Source: a virus
Reading direction: 5' to 3' (one strand)
DNA length: 64,000 nt
IMG/VR virus record: IMGVR_UViG_3300022932_000017
Span: 9,821 to 73,820 of that record
Shown here: positions 30,797 to 39,162 of the stretch, piece after piece
How the letters are laid out: every line of letters starts with the position of its first letter
Numbering within the stretch: position 1 is the stretch's first letter
Program-made: the position numbers and the translations under genes
Notes under the pieces: generated by a model
What the model was told of the DNA's origin: nothing
Databases searched by the model: none
The model's input: the letters and a program-made list of their open reading frames with translations, nothing else

Positions 30797-31452
30797 GACT
30801 TAACCCCTATAATCTCCCTGTCTTTAAGTACAACGTATTCTTTGCCTTCGTATTGAATGACGTAATTGTTCTTGTCCATTGGCAATACGGTATCACCCAC
30901 TTTAACATGCCTGTACTCCCTCGCACATTTATCAGGTACATGAGTAATTACAATAGCAAGGTCGTTCTTTATCTTTTCATCAGACGAGGTAAGGAAGATG
31001 CCACTTTCTGTCTTAGGTGCATCTTCTAATTCCCATGTTCCAAGGAATACTCCATCATTCATTATGAATTTATCTCCTTCTATTTTGAATAGTACATGTT
31101 GAGCACCTACCAATGAAAACTCTTCTCCGGCAAACTCTACTTTGTCTTCCCATTCTTTAGCCATGTAATGCAGGAATACCACTTCTCCTTTTGCGTATCC
31201 TTTCTCAATATACTTCTCGGAGCCGTCAGGATTAAAACCATCTCTTAGCTTACATATCGCATTGCGTTTAACTGTGGCTACCTGTGGGTGTGTAAGGAGT
31301 TTGTTTACATTACTCTCAAATGTTCTTGCTCCCTGCTCGTCTTCACTCATTTCCCACATATCAGGACGTATAAGGTCTACTCCGGCTAAATTAAATACCT
31401 TGTTGTGGGATACATCAAATTCTACGAATAAATTGTTGTTTATGGTCACCAT
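30793..31452 (-). CDS. GroES-like co-chaperonin with two tandem domains
   Basis: C-half KTESGIFL...VKVGDTVL...YEGKEYVVLKDREIIG is GroES-like; N-half KGEVVFL...FAGEEFSLVGAQHVL is a second degenerate copy. Confidence 0.7.
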   Translation of the reverse strand: MVTINNNLFVEFDVSHNKVFNLAGVDLIRPDMWEMSEDEQGARTFESNVNKLLTHPQVATVKRNAICKLRDGFNPDGSEKYIEKGYAKGEVVFLHYMAKEWEDKVEFAGEEFSLVGAQHVLFKIEGDKFIMNDGVFLGTWELEDAPKTESGIFLTSSDEKIKNDLAIVITHVPDKCAREYRHVKVGDTVLPMDKNNYVIQYEGKEYVVLKDREIIGVKS

Positions 31453-31454
31453 AC

Positions 31455-31586
31455 CTAGCCTAATTTTATGATGTTGTTTTTAACCATGACTTTTAATTTC
31501 TTGTAGATGATGTTGTAATTTCCACCTGTATCAAGAGAGATTTTACGTGCCTGTAGTCTTAATTTCCGTGCTGCTGAACTATTCAT
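31455..31586 (-). CDS. Small basic protein (43 aa, MNSSAARKLRLQARK...), absent from the ORF track
   Basis: Hand-translated; directly follows the structured leader and precedes the GroES-like gene. Confidence 0.55.
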   Translation of the reverse strand: MNSSAARKLRLQARKISLDTGGNYNIIYKKLKVMVKNNIIKLG

Positions 31587-31599
31587 AATGTTAAATTAA

Positions 31600-31690
31600 C
31601 CCCACCAAAAGGATGCTTATTCAAACTGCTGTTCGATTCCTAATGGTGAGGTGTGTCTAAAATATGTGATTCCATACGTTTGAATAAGCA
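31600..31690 (-). ncRNA. Structured 5' leader with interleaved inverted repeats (pseudoknot/switch)
   Basis: Perfect 13-bp pair 31678-31690/31614-31626 crossing the 14-bp imperfect pair 31638-31651/31600-31613. Confidence 0.6.
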
Positions 31691-31693
31691 ATA

Positions 31694-31721
31694 CAAACTT
31701 AGTTATTTTTATATACTTTTG
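31694..31721. promoter_or_regulatory. Back-to-back divergent sigma-A -7 boxes
   Basis: TAAGTTTG on minus (31694-31701) and TACTTTTG on plus (31714-31721). Confidence 0.7.
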
Positions 31722-31759
31722 TCCTAGTCCATTTATTTACTCACTTAAATCAATACAAA

Positions 31760-32020
31760 TTGGCAAATTTAATCCCCATCACAAGCTTTAGTAAACTCGC
31801 TAACCAAGAGGTTAGTGGAACTACTACCACGCCATTAGTCATTAATGTGGCTAATATTATTGCTATTAGCACAAGGGTTACTCCATTCTCAACTACTGGA
31901 ATTACTGATGTGCTCTACTCACTTCCGGTTAACAATACTAGTTACCAAATCACACTTGTCTGTACCGAAACAAGAGCAGCATTATTAGCACTTGCAAACG
32001 CTAATGCAGTGGCAACTTAA
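31760..32020 (+). CDS. Small Thr/Ala/Val-rich protein, possibly a virion decoration protein
   Basis: TTG start; own promoter and terminator; non-overlapping gap between minus-strand genes. Confidence 0.65.
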   Translation: MANLIPITSFSKLANQEVSGTTTTPLVINVANIIAISTRVTPFSTTGITDVLYSLPVNNTSYQITLVCTETRAALLALANANAVAT

Positions 32021-32041
32021 ACAGTTTATGCTTAAAAAAGC

Positions 32042-32078
32042 AAAACCCCTTACTTCTTTTCGAGGCAAGGGGTTTTTT
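32042..32078. terminator. Bidirectional terminator
   Basis: AAAACCCCTT...AAGGGGTTTTTT between convergent genes. Confidence 0.85.
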
Positions 32079-32096
32079 AATGGATTAACTTTTTTA

Positions 32097-32486
32097 CTAT
32101 TCCGAAGCAGGGGTAACAAGCTTTCCTGCGGCACTTAATGCAGCCATTGCCTGTTCATTAGTTTCGTACTTAGGCTGACCAGATTGAGGATCAGCAACAA
32201 GTGGTTTCTGTAAAATAGATGCTGTGTGTGCATTTACAGACAAACTACCATCTTCAAGTTTATCTTTTACTTCTTGATCGGCTTCAATGACCTCTTTTGC
32301 TTTATCATCATCTGCCATTTCAACTAGAGGTGCGTCAACTGAACTGGATTCTGCTTTAGCCGACTCTAGTGTTTCATCAACGGTTTCATCTACAGGTGTA
32401 GTTTCCGGAGTTTCTTTTACTGTTTCTTTAGTTTCAGGAGCTACAGTTTTAGCTTCTTCTTTGGTTGTTTCTTTTTTTGCTGTCAT
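32097..32486 (-). CDS. Acidic low-complexity hypothetical protein
   Basis: E/T/K-rich; promoter box TACTTTTG at 32523-32530. Confidence 0.7.
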   Translation of the reverse strand: MTAKKETTKEEAKTVAPETKETVKETPETTPVDETVDETLESAKAESSSVDAPLVEMADDDKAKEVIEADQEVKDKLEDGSLSVNAHTASILQKPLVADPQSGQPKYETNEQAMAALSAAGKLVTPASE

Positions 32487-32536
32487 GACTTTTAGTTTTT
32501 AAAGTTTCTACAATTGTGAGTCCAAAAGTATGAATT

Positions 32537-32704
32537 TTATGAGAATAGTTCTAGTTGTTCCACCGTTGGCAGTTTAAATCCTATTTCCTTCCACCTCTTT
32601 CTCATGTGGGACTTGCTGTATAGCTTAGCTACATAAAATTCTCTCTCAAAAGTCTTATCCTTTTCATCTACAGAACGTCCAAGGTATTTTTCAAAGAGAC
32701 TCAT
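32537..32704 (-). CDS. Small protein (55 aa) ending in a QLELF clamp-binding-like motif; absent from the ORF track
   Basis: Hand-translated MSLFEKYLGR...PTVEQLELFS; ATGA overlap with the upstream ORF. Confidence 0.6.
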   Translation of the reverse strand: MSLFEKYLGRSVDEKDKTFEREFYVAKLYSKSHMRKRWKEIGFKLPTVEQLELFS

Positions 32705-32877
32705 AACGTCATGTTTTTAAAGTCTCCCCAACATTCTAATACCTCATAAGAGATAATCCCTTTTATTCCGTATATCCATCTAGTGAATCCTCCTGTGTAC
32801 ATACCTCTTGATAATCCTGCTTTACCCCAATGAGTATGCTTAGCTTTCTTTCCTATTTTTATTTTTCTCTGTTTCAT
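32701..32877 (-). CDS. Hypothetical 58-aa protein
   Basis: Hand-translated MKQRKIKIGK...; tightly packed with its neighbours. Confidence 0.5.
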   Translation of the reverse strand: MKQRKIKIGKKAKHTHWGKAGLSRGMYTGGFTRWIYGIKGIISYEVLECWGDFKNMTL

Positions 32878-32878
32878 C

Positions 32879-33268
32879 TTATTTTAATTTAAGTTCCTCT
32901 CCGTTTAAAGCATAATATAAATTCTGCAATTGATGTACTTGGATAATATCAGGTGTATGAGTACTTATCTTTGCGTAATCATTTTTAAAATATAAATATG
33001 GTTTACCCTCAAAAGCTAATGTTCCATCATGCAATGTATTTACTTTTTTAAATCCAAAATTAACTATCCACTCTTCTGTTAATAGAATGCCAGACACACT
33101 ATCAGCACTTGTTTCAAAAAAATATCCATCAGTAAATAATTCCAATTCTGATTCCTCAAGTCTTGAATTACCTTCCTCTATAAACTTTTTTGATGTAATG
33201 CACTCTACTGTACAAATTGAACCATTGTGATCTACTAAATTTCCAATCCTTAATTCTTCTGCTTTCAT
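32879..33268 (-). CDS. Bacteroidota phage hypothetical protein
   Basis: ELRIGNLV...LTEEW...FGF...VHQLQNLYYAL.GEEL family pattern. Confidence 0.75.
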   Translation of the reverse strand: MKAEELRIGNLVDHNGSICTVECITSKKFIEEGNSRLEESELELFTDGYFFETSADSVSGILLTEEWIVNFGFKKVNTLHDGTLAFEGKPYLYFKNDYAKISTHTPDIIQVHQLQNLYYALNGEELKLK

Positions 33269-33269
33269 C

Positions 33270-33617
33270 CTATTTTTTAGTTAATTGTTCCACAATGTAA
33301 TTTCCTAAGTCATCTTGTATGTCTGCTGCTTCCGTATCGCTTATTTTTAAGCCACCAGATCCAGTTAAATAACCCCATCCACGTATTTCTATCAGTTGTG
33401 TATTTGAGTGTCTTATAAAGCCTAATTCGTAGCTTATATCTGAAAACTTAGTCTGAACGTATGATGTGTTTATTGCAATTAATAATTCCTGCCTGTCTTT
33501 AGGGTCTGAAATACGAAACTGCATACACATCTCTCCTTTACTGTCTTCTATCCAACTACCATACTTTACAGTTTTGAATGGAGGGGTAAATGCTTTTTCA
33601 AATAATCTTTTCATCAT
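33270..33617 (-). CDS. Hypothetical protein
   Basis: Operon packing; IRGWGYLTG motif. Confidence 0.65.
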   Translation of the reverse strand: MMKRLFEKAFTPPFKTVKYGSWIEDSKGEMCMQFRISDPKDRQELLIAINTSYVQTKFSDISYELGFIRHSNTQLIEIRGWGYLTGSGGLKISDTEAADIQDDLGNYIVEQLTKK

Positions 33618-34207
33618 TTTAGTTCTTTAATTATGTTTTCAGCGAATGCCATTACTTGATTTATAAACTCGTCACGCCTTTTAATGCTTTCTTGAAGTGG
33701 AACCTGATTACCTAATTGATTTTGCTTAATGGCATATCCCCCAATTTCATAATCGTTAGATGGAAACGACTGCAACATTGCTATGATATCAAATGCTGTA
33801 CGGCTTTCGGTTAAATCATTTTTAGTTAATGAATGTTCTTGGTGATGTTCAAATTCTTGTCTAATCCAAGTCATAAATTCATTTAATGGTCTACCGCACC
33901 TATAGCATGAATCTATGCTATCATGATCTCCGTTATTATCCATATACCATTCTTTTATTTTATACTCTGGATATTTTTGTTGCAGTTCCGAAAGAGTGGC
34001 TAATACACATGAATCATTATTGCAAGTATCGTATTCTATCAAATCCAAATCATCACTTTTATCCCCATCTGTATCTACAGACTCGAAATAGGCTATCTCA
34101 TGTGATACCTCTTCTTTGTTGTATGGCCTTAATAACTCAATAGCTTGTTCGAGAATAGCTTCTTGGTGCTCTGTCAATATTATCCTGTAGTCGTATGCTG
34201 TTTTCAT
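33614..34207 (-). CDS. Hypothetical protein with Cys pairs
   Basis: 197 aa; CxxC; operon packing. Confidence 0.65.
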   Translation of the reverse strand: MKTAYDYRIILTEHQEAILEQAIELLRPYNKEEVSHEIAYFESVDTDGDKSDDLDLIEYDTCNNDSCVLATLSELQQKYPEYKIKEWYMDNNGDHDSIDSCYRCGRPLNEFMTWIRQEFEHHQEHSLTKNDLTESRTAFDIIAMLQSFPSNDYEIGGYAIKQNQLGNQVPLQESIKRRDEFINQVMAFAENIIKELK

Positions 34208-34231
34208 TACTTCTGTCTCCCTAATTTCTTT

Positions 34232-35815
34232 TTAAAATAACTGTGTTTGAATTTTAAATGGTTTTATCTTTTTATCTGCAATCTTACAGTAGTCACTACT
34301 CATTTCTGAACCTACATAGTTTCTTCCTGTTCTTAATGCCATGATAGCGGTATTACCTGAACCCATAAAAGGGTCGTAAATTAATCCTCCTTTCGGACAA
34401 CCTGCGATAATTGGTTTCTTTATGAGTTCATCGTTGTAAGCAGCATAATGGGCATCCGTAGATGGTTTAGTTGGTATATCAAAAAAATCAAATTCTCTAT
34501 TTAACTCTTGAGGAAATCTAAGCCTCTTTCTGTCAAGCGATCTGGTATACCCACTATAAGCATAATCATAAAAAATAGCAGCATCATTATCAACATATGA
34601 TAATCTATAAGTTCCTTTTATTTTTTTTGGTGTTTGATTGTACATTCCCGTTTTATATAATCTATCAGAAACCCAAATCAATAGTTTTTCTTTTCCAAGA
34701 AGTTCTAACCAATAACGCTCTGACCCTTTATAACCCGAATATACACCAACAGAACCGTCACCATCAAATAGTCCTCTAATAAAAGCATATTCAAAATCAT
34801 GTGATATATTAGGAACTTCCTTTGATTTATATCCCAATGACTTTAGATCCGAAACCAATTTTTGGCTGCCCAAAGTTAATCTTACTGAACTTGTCTTATT
34901 CCTTTGCCTCTCATATATAAGATGATTATCCATTAAATCCTCTTGAAAAGATAACAAATGCTCTTTATCCTTAGTATGAATTTCTAATTCTAGTGAGTTC
35001 TTATTAAGATACGCATCTGCCCATATAAACCCTAACCAATAAGCCTTATCATCGCTGTCTATAGTTTCAAAATAATTTTCTCTAAAAAAATATTTTCTGT
35101 TTGGATAGCTTTTTCCAGTATCCCAAAAATCAGATACAGAGCCAGGGTTCTTTCCCTTATCTTCATCACCCCAAACCCTAAAACCCTCTGAAAATTGTGA
35201 TGAACCAGAACCTCTGCCATATATTTCACTTGCTTTATTCCGAATAGAAACATTGTTTTTAAGTTTATCCCTTATACCATCCAAATCAAAATAATATTTA
35301 TTGGATTTAGTCATTAAGAAAAAATACTCATGCTTCTTACTGAACCTATCTGTTACACTCTCTGGCATAGCATTCCTTTTAGCCCACACAATATCATTCC
35401 TAACCATTAAACCTCTGTCAATACATCCTATAGCGAATCTATGAGGCAATAATAACAGTGATTTGTGAATGCTTTTACTTTGCTGAACTTTAGCGCCTGA
35501 ACCTGCGTGTTTTGATTCCTTTGATGAATAATCAACTGAACTTGCCATACCTCCTGATTTTGTACCATAAGTGTCTCCAAGGTTTATCCACATTGTTCCA
35601 TTAGATTTTAATTTTGGTATTAATGCTTCTATCATAGACCAAAGATGCTCTAGGTATAATTCAAATGTTGGCTCTAATCCCCATTGTCCATCGTAGCCAT
35701 AATCTCTAAGCTGCCAATATGGAGGCGAAGTAATTACACAATCAATAGAATCATCGTCAAACCTTTTTATGGTTTCTAAACATGGTTCTTGGTATATTTT
35801 ATTTAATTCTATCAT
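34232..35815 (-). CDS. Beta-class N4-C/N6-A DNA methyltransferase with in-frame LAGLIDADG insertion
   Basis: TSPPYW catalytic motif N-terminal; DPFMGSG SAM-binding motif C-terminal; 214-aa insertion. Confidence 0.9.
   Translation of the reverse strand: MIELNKIYQEPCLETIKRFDDDSIDCVITSPPYWQLRDYGYDGQWGLEPTFELYLEHLWSMIEALIPKLKSNGTMWINLGDTYGTKSGGMASSVDYSSKESKHAGSGAKVQQSKSIHKSLLLLPHRFAIGCIDRGLMVRNDIVWAKRNAMPESVTDRFSKKHEYFFLMTKSNKYYFDLDGIRDKLKNNVSIRNKASEIYGRGSGSSQFSEGFRVWGDEDKGKNPGSVSDFWDTGKSYPNRKYFFRENYFETIDSDDKAYWLGFIWADAYLNKNSLELEIHTKDKEHLLSFQEDLMDNHLIYERQRNKTSSVRLTLGSQKLVSDLKSLGYKSKEVPNISHDFEYAFIRGLFDGDGSVGVYSGYKGSERYWLELLGKEKLLIWVSDRLYKTGMYNQTPKKIKGTYRLSYVDNDAAIFYDYAYSGYTRSLDRKRLRFPQELNREFDFFDIPTKPSTDAHYAAYNDELIKKPIIAGCPKGGLIYDPFMGSGNTAIMALRTGRNYVGSEMSSDYCKIADKKIKPFKIQTQLF
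34491..35132 (-). mobile_element. LAGLIDADG homing endonuclease domain inserted in the MTase
   Basis: AYWLGFIWAD and AFIRGLFDGDG motifs; flanked by imperfect 14-nt direct repeats (35119-35132 and 34477-34490). Confidence 0.8.
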
Positions 35816-36162
35816 TTTTGTCTTCCTACCTTTCGTTTAAACTCTTTCGAGTCGTATGTTTTAATCTTTACTTCTAAATGGCTGTAGTCCCAAACCGTAT
35901 ACCTATTTGATTCATCCCATTCTATTCTTGCACTTATGCCATTAGGGTTCTCCACTCCCTTTATAAATTCAGAGTAAGGTTCTATCCTTCGGAATTTAGT
36001 GTAGTCGTTACTGAACTCAAAGTCTCCATACATGTCTATTCTTGTTTTAATAGCTTCTACGAAGTCTTCTCTGTCGGGTCTTTCTACTGAATACCATTTA
36101 TTAAATTCAGTTTTATTTTCTAAGTTATAGAACAATTCTTTTAAATACATATCAGTGACCAT
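35812..36162 (-). CDS. Hypothetical protein
   Basis: Overlapping operon packing. Confidence 0.65.
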   Translation of the reverse strand: MVTDMYLKELFYNLENKTEFNKWYSVERPDREDFVEAIKTRIDMYGDFEFSNDYTKFRRIEPYSEFIKGVENPNGISARIEWDESNRYTVWDYSHLEVKIKTYDSKEFKRKVGRQK

Positions 36163-36535
36163 CTTCCAAATCCTTTTTTAAAATTAATTCCTCAATAGAG
36201 GCTTTCAAAATTTCTATTTCCTTTTTCAACCCTTCATTCTCTCTATGGAAGTCTCCTAGTAACCTATTTATTTGCCAATTGAAAGAATGTATATCTGCAA
36301 ATTCTCCTACTACCTTACGAAGAATATTCAATCTATGTATTTGCGCATCTGACTTTTCAGTCCTTGGTCTGTCCAAATGAAAAAATGCTAGATCACTTTC
36401 CATTTCAACTATTACTCCTTTTGCTAACATTATTTGGATATTCCTATAAGACATATCTTCATACCTAGATAAATAAACTTCTGCTAGTTTAAGATACTTG
36501 GCTTCTAATGGTGTTAATTTTGGTTTTTTAATCAT
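36152..36535 (-). CDS. Hypothetical coiled-coil protein (start reassigned to MIKKPK)
   Basis: The ATG at 36535 follows the helicase stop; the longer track start overlaps the helicase. Confidence 0.6.
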   Translation of the reverse strand: MIKKPKLTPLEAKYLKLAEVYLSRYEDMSYRNIQIMLAKGVIVEMESDLAFFHLDRPRTEKSDAQIHRLNILRKVVGEFADIHSFNWQINRLLGDFHRENEGLKKEIEILKASIEELILKKDLEDGH

Positions 36536-36536
36536 T

Positions 36537-37484
36537 TTAAAAGGGCGGTAAGTTATTATCAGTTTCGCTATCTTCTGGAAATTTTTCATATTGGAATGCT
36601 CCACATTTGTTATTCCCTATCATTTCATAATACCTACTTCTAAAGAAATCGTAATACAAACTTCCCATGCCTTTGTTCGCAACACCTTTTGGTTTCGCTT
36701 TCTCTATCATATAAACCATTTCATTAGCTTCATAAGGTTTGTCGTGATACCCTTTTAAACCTACTGGTGGTCTCCACACATTAATCCATGTCATAGCCTT
36801 CCTGAATAGAGATTGTCCGCCAGAAGCTTCCCTAGCAAGAGGTATCGGGTAATATCTAACTGATTGTCCGTTTATCTTTTCTTCTTTCAAATGTTGAGCA
36901 GCAGGATGAAGTGTAATAATCATGTGAGTATCCATTTTTTTATTGGCTCTACGAACATCTCCCATTAAGTCTTCAATGTACAAATCCTGTCTAGCGCCAT
37001 ATAAAGACATATCGTGTTTATGTTCATTGTACGGATCGGCTAATATTATTTTTTCGTCAGTCCTCATTTCAAATATCTCACCGAATGAATAAGACTTTTC
37101 TTCTGTATCTATGATGGAAAACCAATTATCAACATAAGCTACAGCTTTTTTGAAAGTCTCGTAATCTATTGCCATAGGATGTGAGGGATAAATTGACCTA
37201 TTGAAAACCTTATGAATTATTTCCGCATAGATGTCAGCCACAGAGCCCGTCTCCGAAGAACTTATTATTGCTCTTTTTTTGTATTTACGGACTTGATTTA
37301 AAGCTAACTCAAAGCTTAATTCGGATTTACCTTGATGTGGCGCTCCTAATATGAATGTATAACTGCCCTGTTTTAGTGTAAATAGCTTATCTAAGCTCCT
37401 AAATCCGGTAGAGTCACCTAATGGACTTCCTAATTTTTTTAATGCCTCTAATTGATCTTGTACGTCTTTATATTTTTTTATCAT
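36537..37484 (-). CDS. DnaB-like (SF4) replicative helicase
   Basis: Walker A GAPHQGKS, ILADPYN Walker B, HP motif, SGG, KAKPKG; follows the initiator. Confidence 0.8.
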   Translation of the reverse strand: MIKKYKDVQDQLEALKKLGSPLGDSTGFRSLDKLFTLKQGSYTFILGAPHQGKSELSFELALNQVRKYKKRAIISSSETGSVADIYAEIIHKVFNRSIYPSHPMAIDYETFKKAVAYVDNWFSIIDTEEKSYSFGEIFEMRTDEKIILADPYNEHKHDMSLYGARQDLYIEDLMGDVRRANKKMDTHMIITLHPAAQHLKEEKINGQSVRYYPIPLAREASGGQSLFRKAMTWINVWRPPVGLKGYHDKPYEANEMVYMIEKAKPKGVANKGMGSLYYDFFRSRYYEMIGNNKCGAFQYEKFPEDSETDNNLPPF

Positions 37485-37488
37485 GATA

Positions 37489-38163
37489 TTAGTTCAATGG
37501 CATTAATGAATAATTCTGTTCTTCCTGAATCTCAATTATAGTTTCAAATTCATCTAACCATCTTTTCTGATTAATATACTTAGACGGATACATTTGCTTC
37601 AACCAACTCTGCTCTGGCTTTTTTAGGTAATTCAAATAATTAGGCGTTAATCTAATGCAATCTTGCTTTTGTTTTGTGGTAAGCTTTGACCATGATTTTT
37701 CACTAGAATCCCGTTCTTTTTTTAGTCCGTATAAATTCCAAAAAATTTCAAAAGAAGGTTCTTCTATGTTATTTCTTAAAGTGTTATTCTTAGGGTCAAC
37801 GTCCTTTACTACCCCTAGTAAATCTAGTTGACTAGGGTAGTCAATCTCCTTTACTACCTCAACTTCTTCAATTAGATATAAAGGCTCATAAACATTGTTA
37901 CCGTAATCCCCTTGTTTAGTTATCTTTTTTTGAACTACAACCAAGCAGTTATTTTTAAGTTCGTTTATAGATTTTATTATAGTTGGTTTAGATAATTTTA
38001 AGTTTTTGCAAATTGTATTTATAGAAGGATAGCATGTAGCCTTATCTCCTGCGTAGCTAACTAAAAGTGCATATAAAGCTTTTGCATTGGCGCTAATTGC
38101 ATCGCTTGTCATTATATCTCTCTGTATCATACCAAATCCCTCTTTTATTCTTGCTGTCCTCAT
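37489..38163 (-). CDS. Phage replication initiator (HTH)
   Basis: AKALYALL...CYPSINTICKNLKLSKPTIIKSINEL HTH; C-terminal FEIFWNLY...YPSKYINQKRWLDE. Confidence 0.85.
   Translation of the reverse strand: MRTARIKEGFGMIQRDIMTSDAISANAKALYALLVSYAGDKATCYPSINTICKNLKLSKPTIIKSINELKNNCLVVVQKKITKQGDYGNNVYEPLYLIEEVEVVKEIDYPSQLDLLGVVKDVDPKNNTLRNNIEEPSFEIFWNLYGLKKERDSSEKSWSKLTTKQKQDCIRLTPNYLNYLKKPEQSWLKQMYPSKYINQKRWLDEFETIIEIQEEQNYSLMPLN
37795..37858. repeat. Three iterons GTCAA-N5-TTTACTA inside the initiator gene (putative origin)
   Basis: 37795-37813 and 37840-37858 direct (17/19 identical); 37816-37832 inverted; adjacent AT-rich stretch. Confidence 0.7.
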
Positions 38164-38822
38164 ACGTATTGTGGGTTTTTAAGGTTATTTAAATCATCTG
38201 CCCCATAAACAAGGTCTCCATGAGTTATTATGGTATTTCTTTGCTCTAGTAGATCGTTTAAAGCATCTAATCTAAATTGCCTCCATTCTTTTAATGGATA
38301 ATATTTATTCATATAATCTTCTTTATATTCAAGATCGCTCATGTTTTTATATTTTAAAAAATTTAAATAATACCATTGAACATCACCAAATATCAATTTA
38401 GGTTCTAAAGAAGAGCAATTACATGAAATTACATATTCATGAGTTACGATAGTAGGCATAGTATTATGACCATTTTTATATATTGATGGGAACTCTATAC
38501 TTGACCTTGTGTATTTCTCCTTTCCTAGGTTGTCATATTTATCTGGATATACTTCCCAAACCGGAGAATGATTTTCGTGTTCATAAGTAAATTCAGGTTC
38601 TTCTTTTTGGTGTTCTTTTGCATGGCAACTTGCGCATATTGTTTCTAATTCTTCCAATTTAACATCCCAAGGATTTCCTTTATAGGAATTATGGTGTACA
38701 TGTAGAGTGCTTTTATCGTCTCCGCATCTTAAACATGTGAAACTATCTCTACTAAGAACCTCTAATCTTTTTTTCTGCCACCTAGGATCAAGTAATTTTT
38801 CTTTATATGTAGTCTTTGTCAT
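38160..38822 (-). CDS. HNH endonuclease domain protein
   Basis: DPRWQKKRLEVL.RD.FTC..CG...LHVHH...CASCH. Confidence 0.85.
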   Translation of the reverse strand: MTKTTYKEKLLDPRWQKKRLEVLSRDSFTCLRCGDDKSTLHVHHNSYKGNPWDVKLEELETICASCHAKEHQKEEPEFTYEHENHSPVWEVYPDKYDNLGKEKYTRSSIEFPSIYKNGHNTMPTIVTHEYVISCNCSSLEPKLIFGDVQWYYLNFLKYKNMSDLEYKEDYMNKYYPLKEWRQFRLDALNDLLEQRNTIITHGDLVYGADDLNNLKNPQYV

Positions 38823-38870
38823 TTGTTTGTTGTTTAAAAGTGTTATAAAAAAGTCGACAGCAAAGCCTAG

Positions 38871-39020
38871 CTATGCTATTTTGACGAATTTTACTCCATC
38901 TATTTGAACTAGAGTAATTAGTTTAGCTTTTGCTTGATCGTACACCCATGTAGTGCTTTTGTTTTTCTGTCTGGCGAAGGTGCTTACCTTGACGAGATCT
39001 GTTCTTATTTGTGTTTCCAT
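38871..39020 (-). CDS. Small Xis/MerR-like DNA-binding protein (49 aa), absent from the ORF track
   Basis: METQIRTDLVKVSTFARQKNKSTTWVYDQAKAKLITLVQIDGVKFVKIA; promoter box TACCTTTG at 39026-39033. Confidence 0.65.
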   Translation of the reverse strand: METQIRTDLVKVSTFARQKNKSTTWVYDQAKAKLITLVQIDGVKFVKIA

Positions 39021-39086
39021 ATAAACAAAGGTATAAGGTTATTTGGAAGTTTCAAAGTATTCGGTAATATTTATTTTTTACCCAAT

Positions 39087-39115
39087 AAAAAACCCACAGT
39101 ATCACTACGTGGGTT
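39087..39115 (-). terminator. Rho-independent terminator
   Basis: AACCCAC...GTGGGTTTTTTATT. Confidence 0.75.
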
Positions 39116-39162
39116 AACCTCTATCTCACGACAAGGCTTGACTATTTAACAGGTCTTAAATG

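Noticed and set aside
19-31471. Plus-strand ORFs in the track overlapping the structural genes (e.g. 9005-9565, 28069-28626) and minus-strand ORFs overlapping the early genes
   Set aside because: Antisense shadows of long genes: Ser/Leu/Phe-rich with no motifs
31626-31645. tRNA suggested by GTTCGATTCC
   Set aside because: No matching T-stem, anticodon arm or acceptor stem; the sequence is part of the minus-strand leader
34491-35132. Intein or group I intron around the LAGLIDADG domain
   Set aside because: No His-Asn/Cys splice junction or room for a Hint domain; the whole insert is coding, with no stop and no intron core
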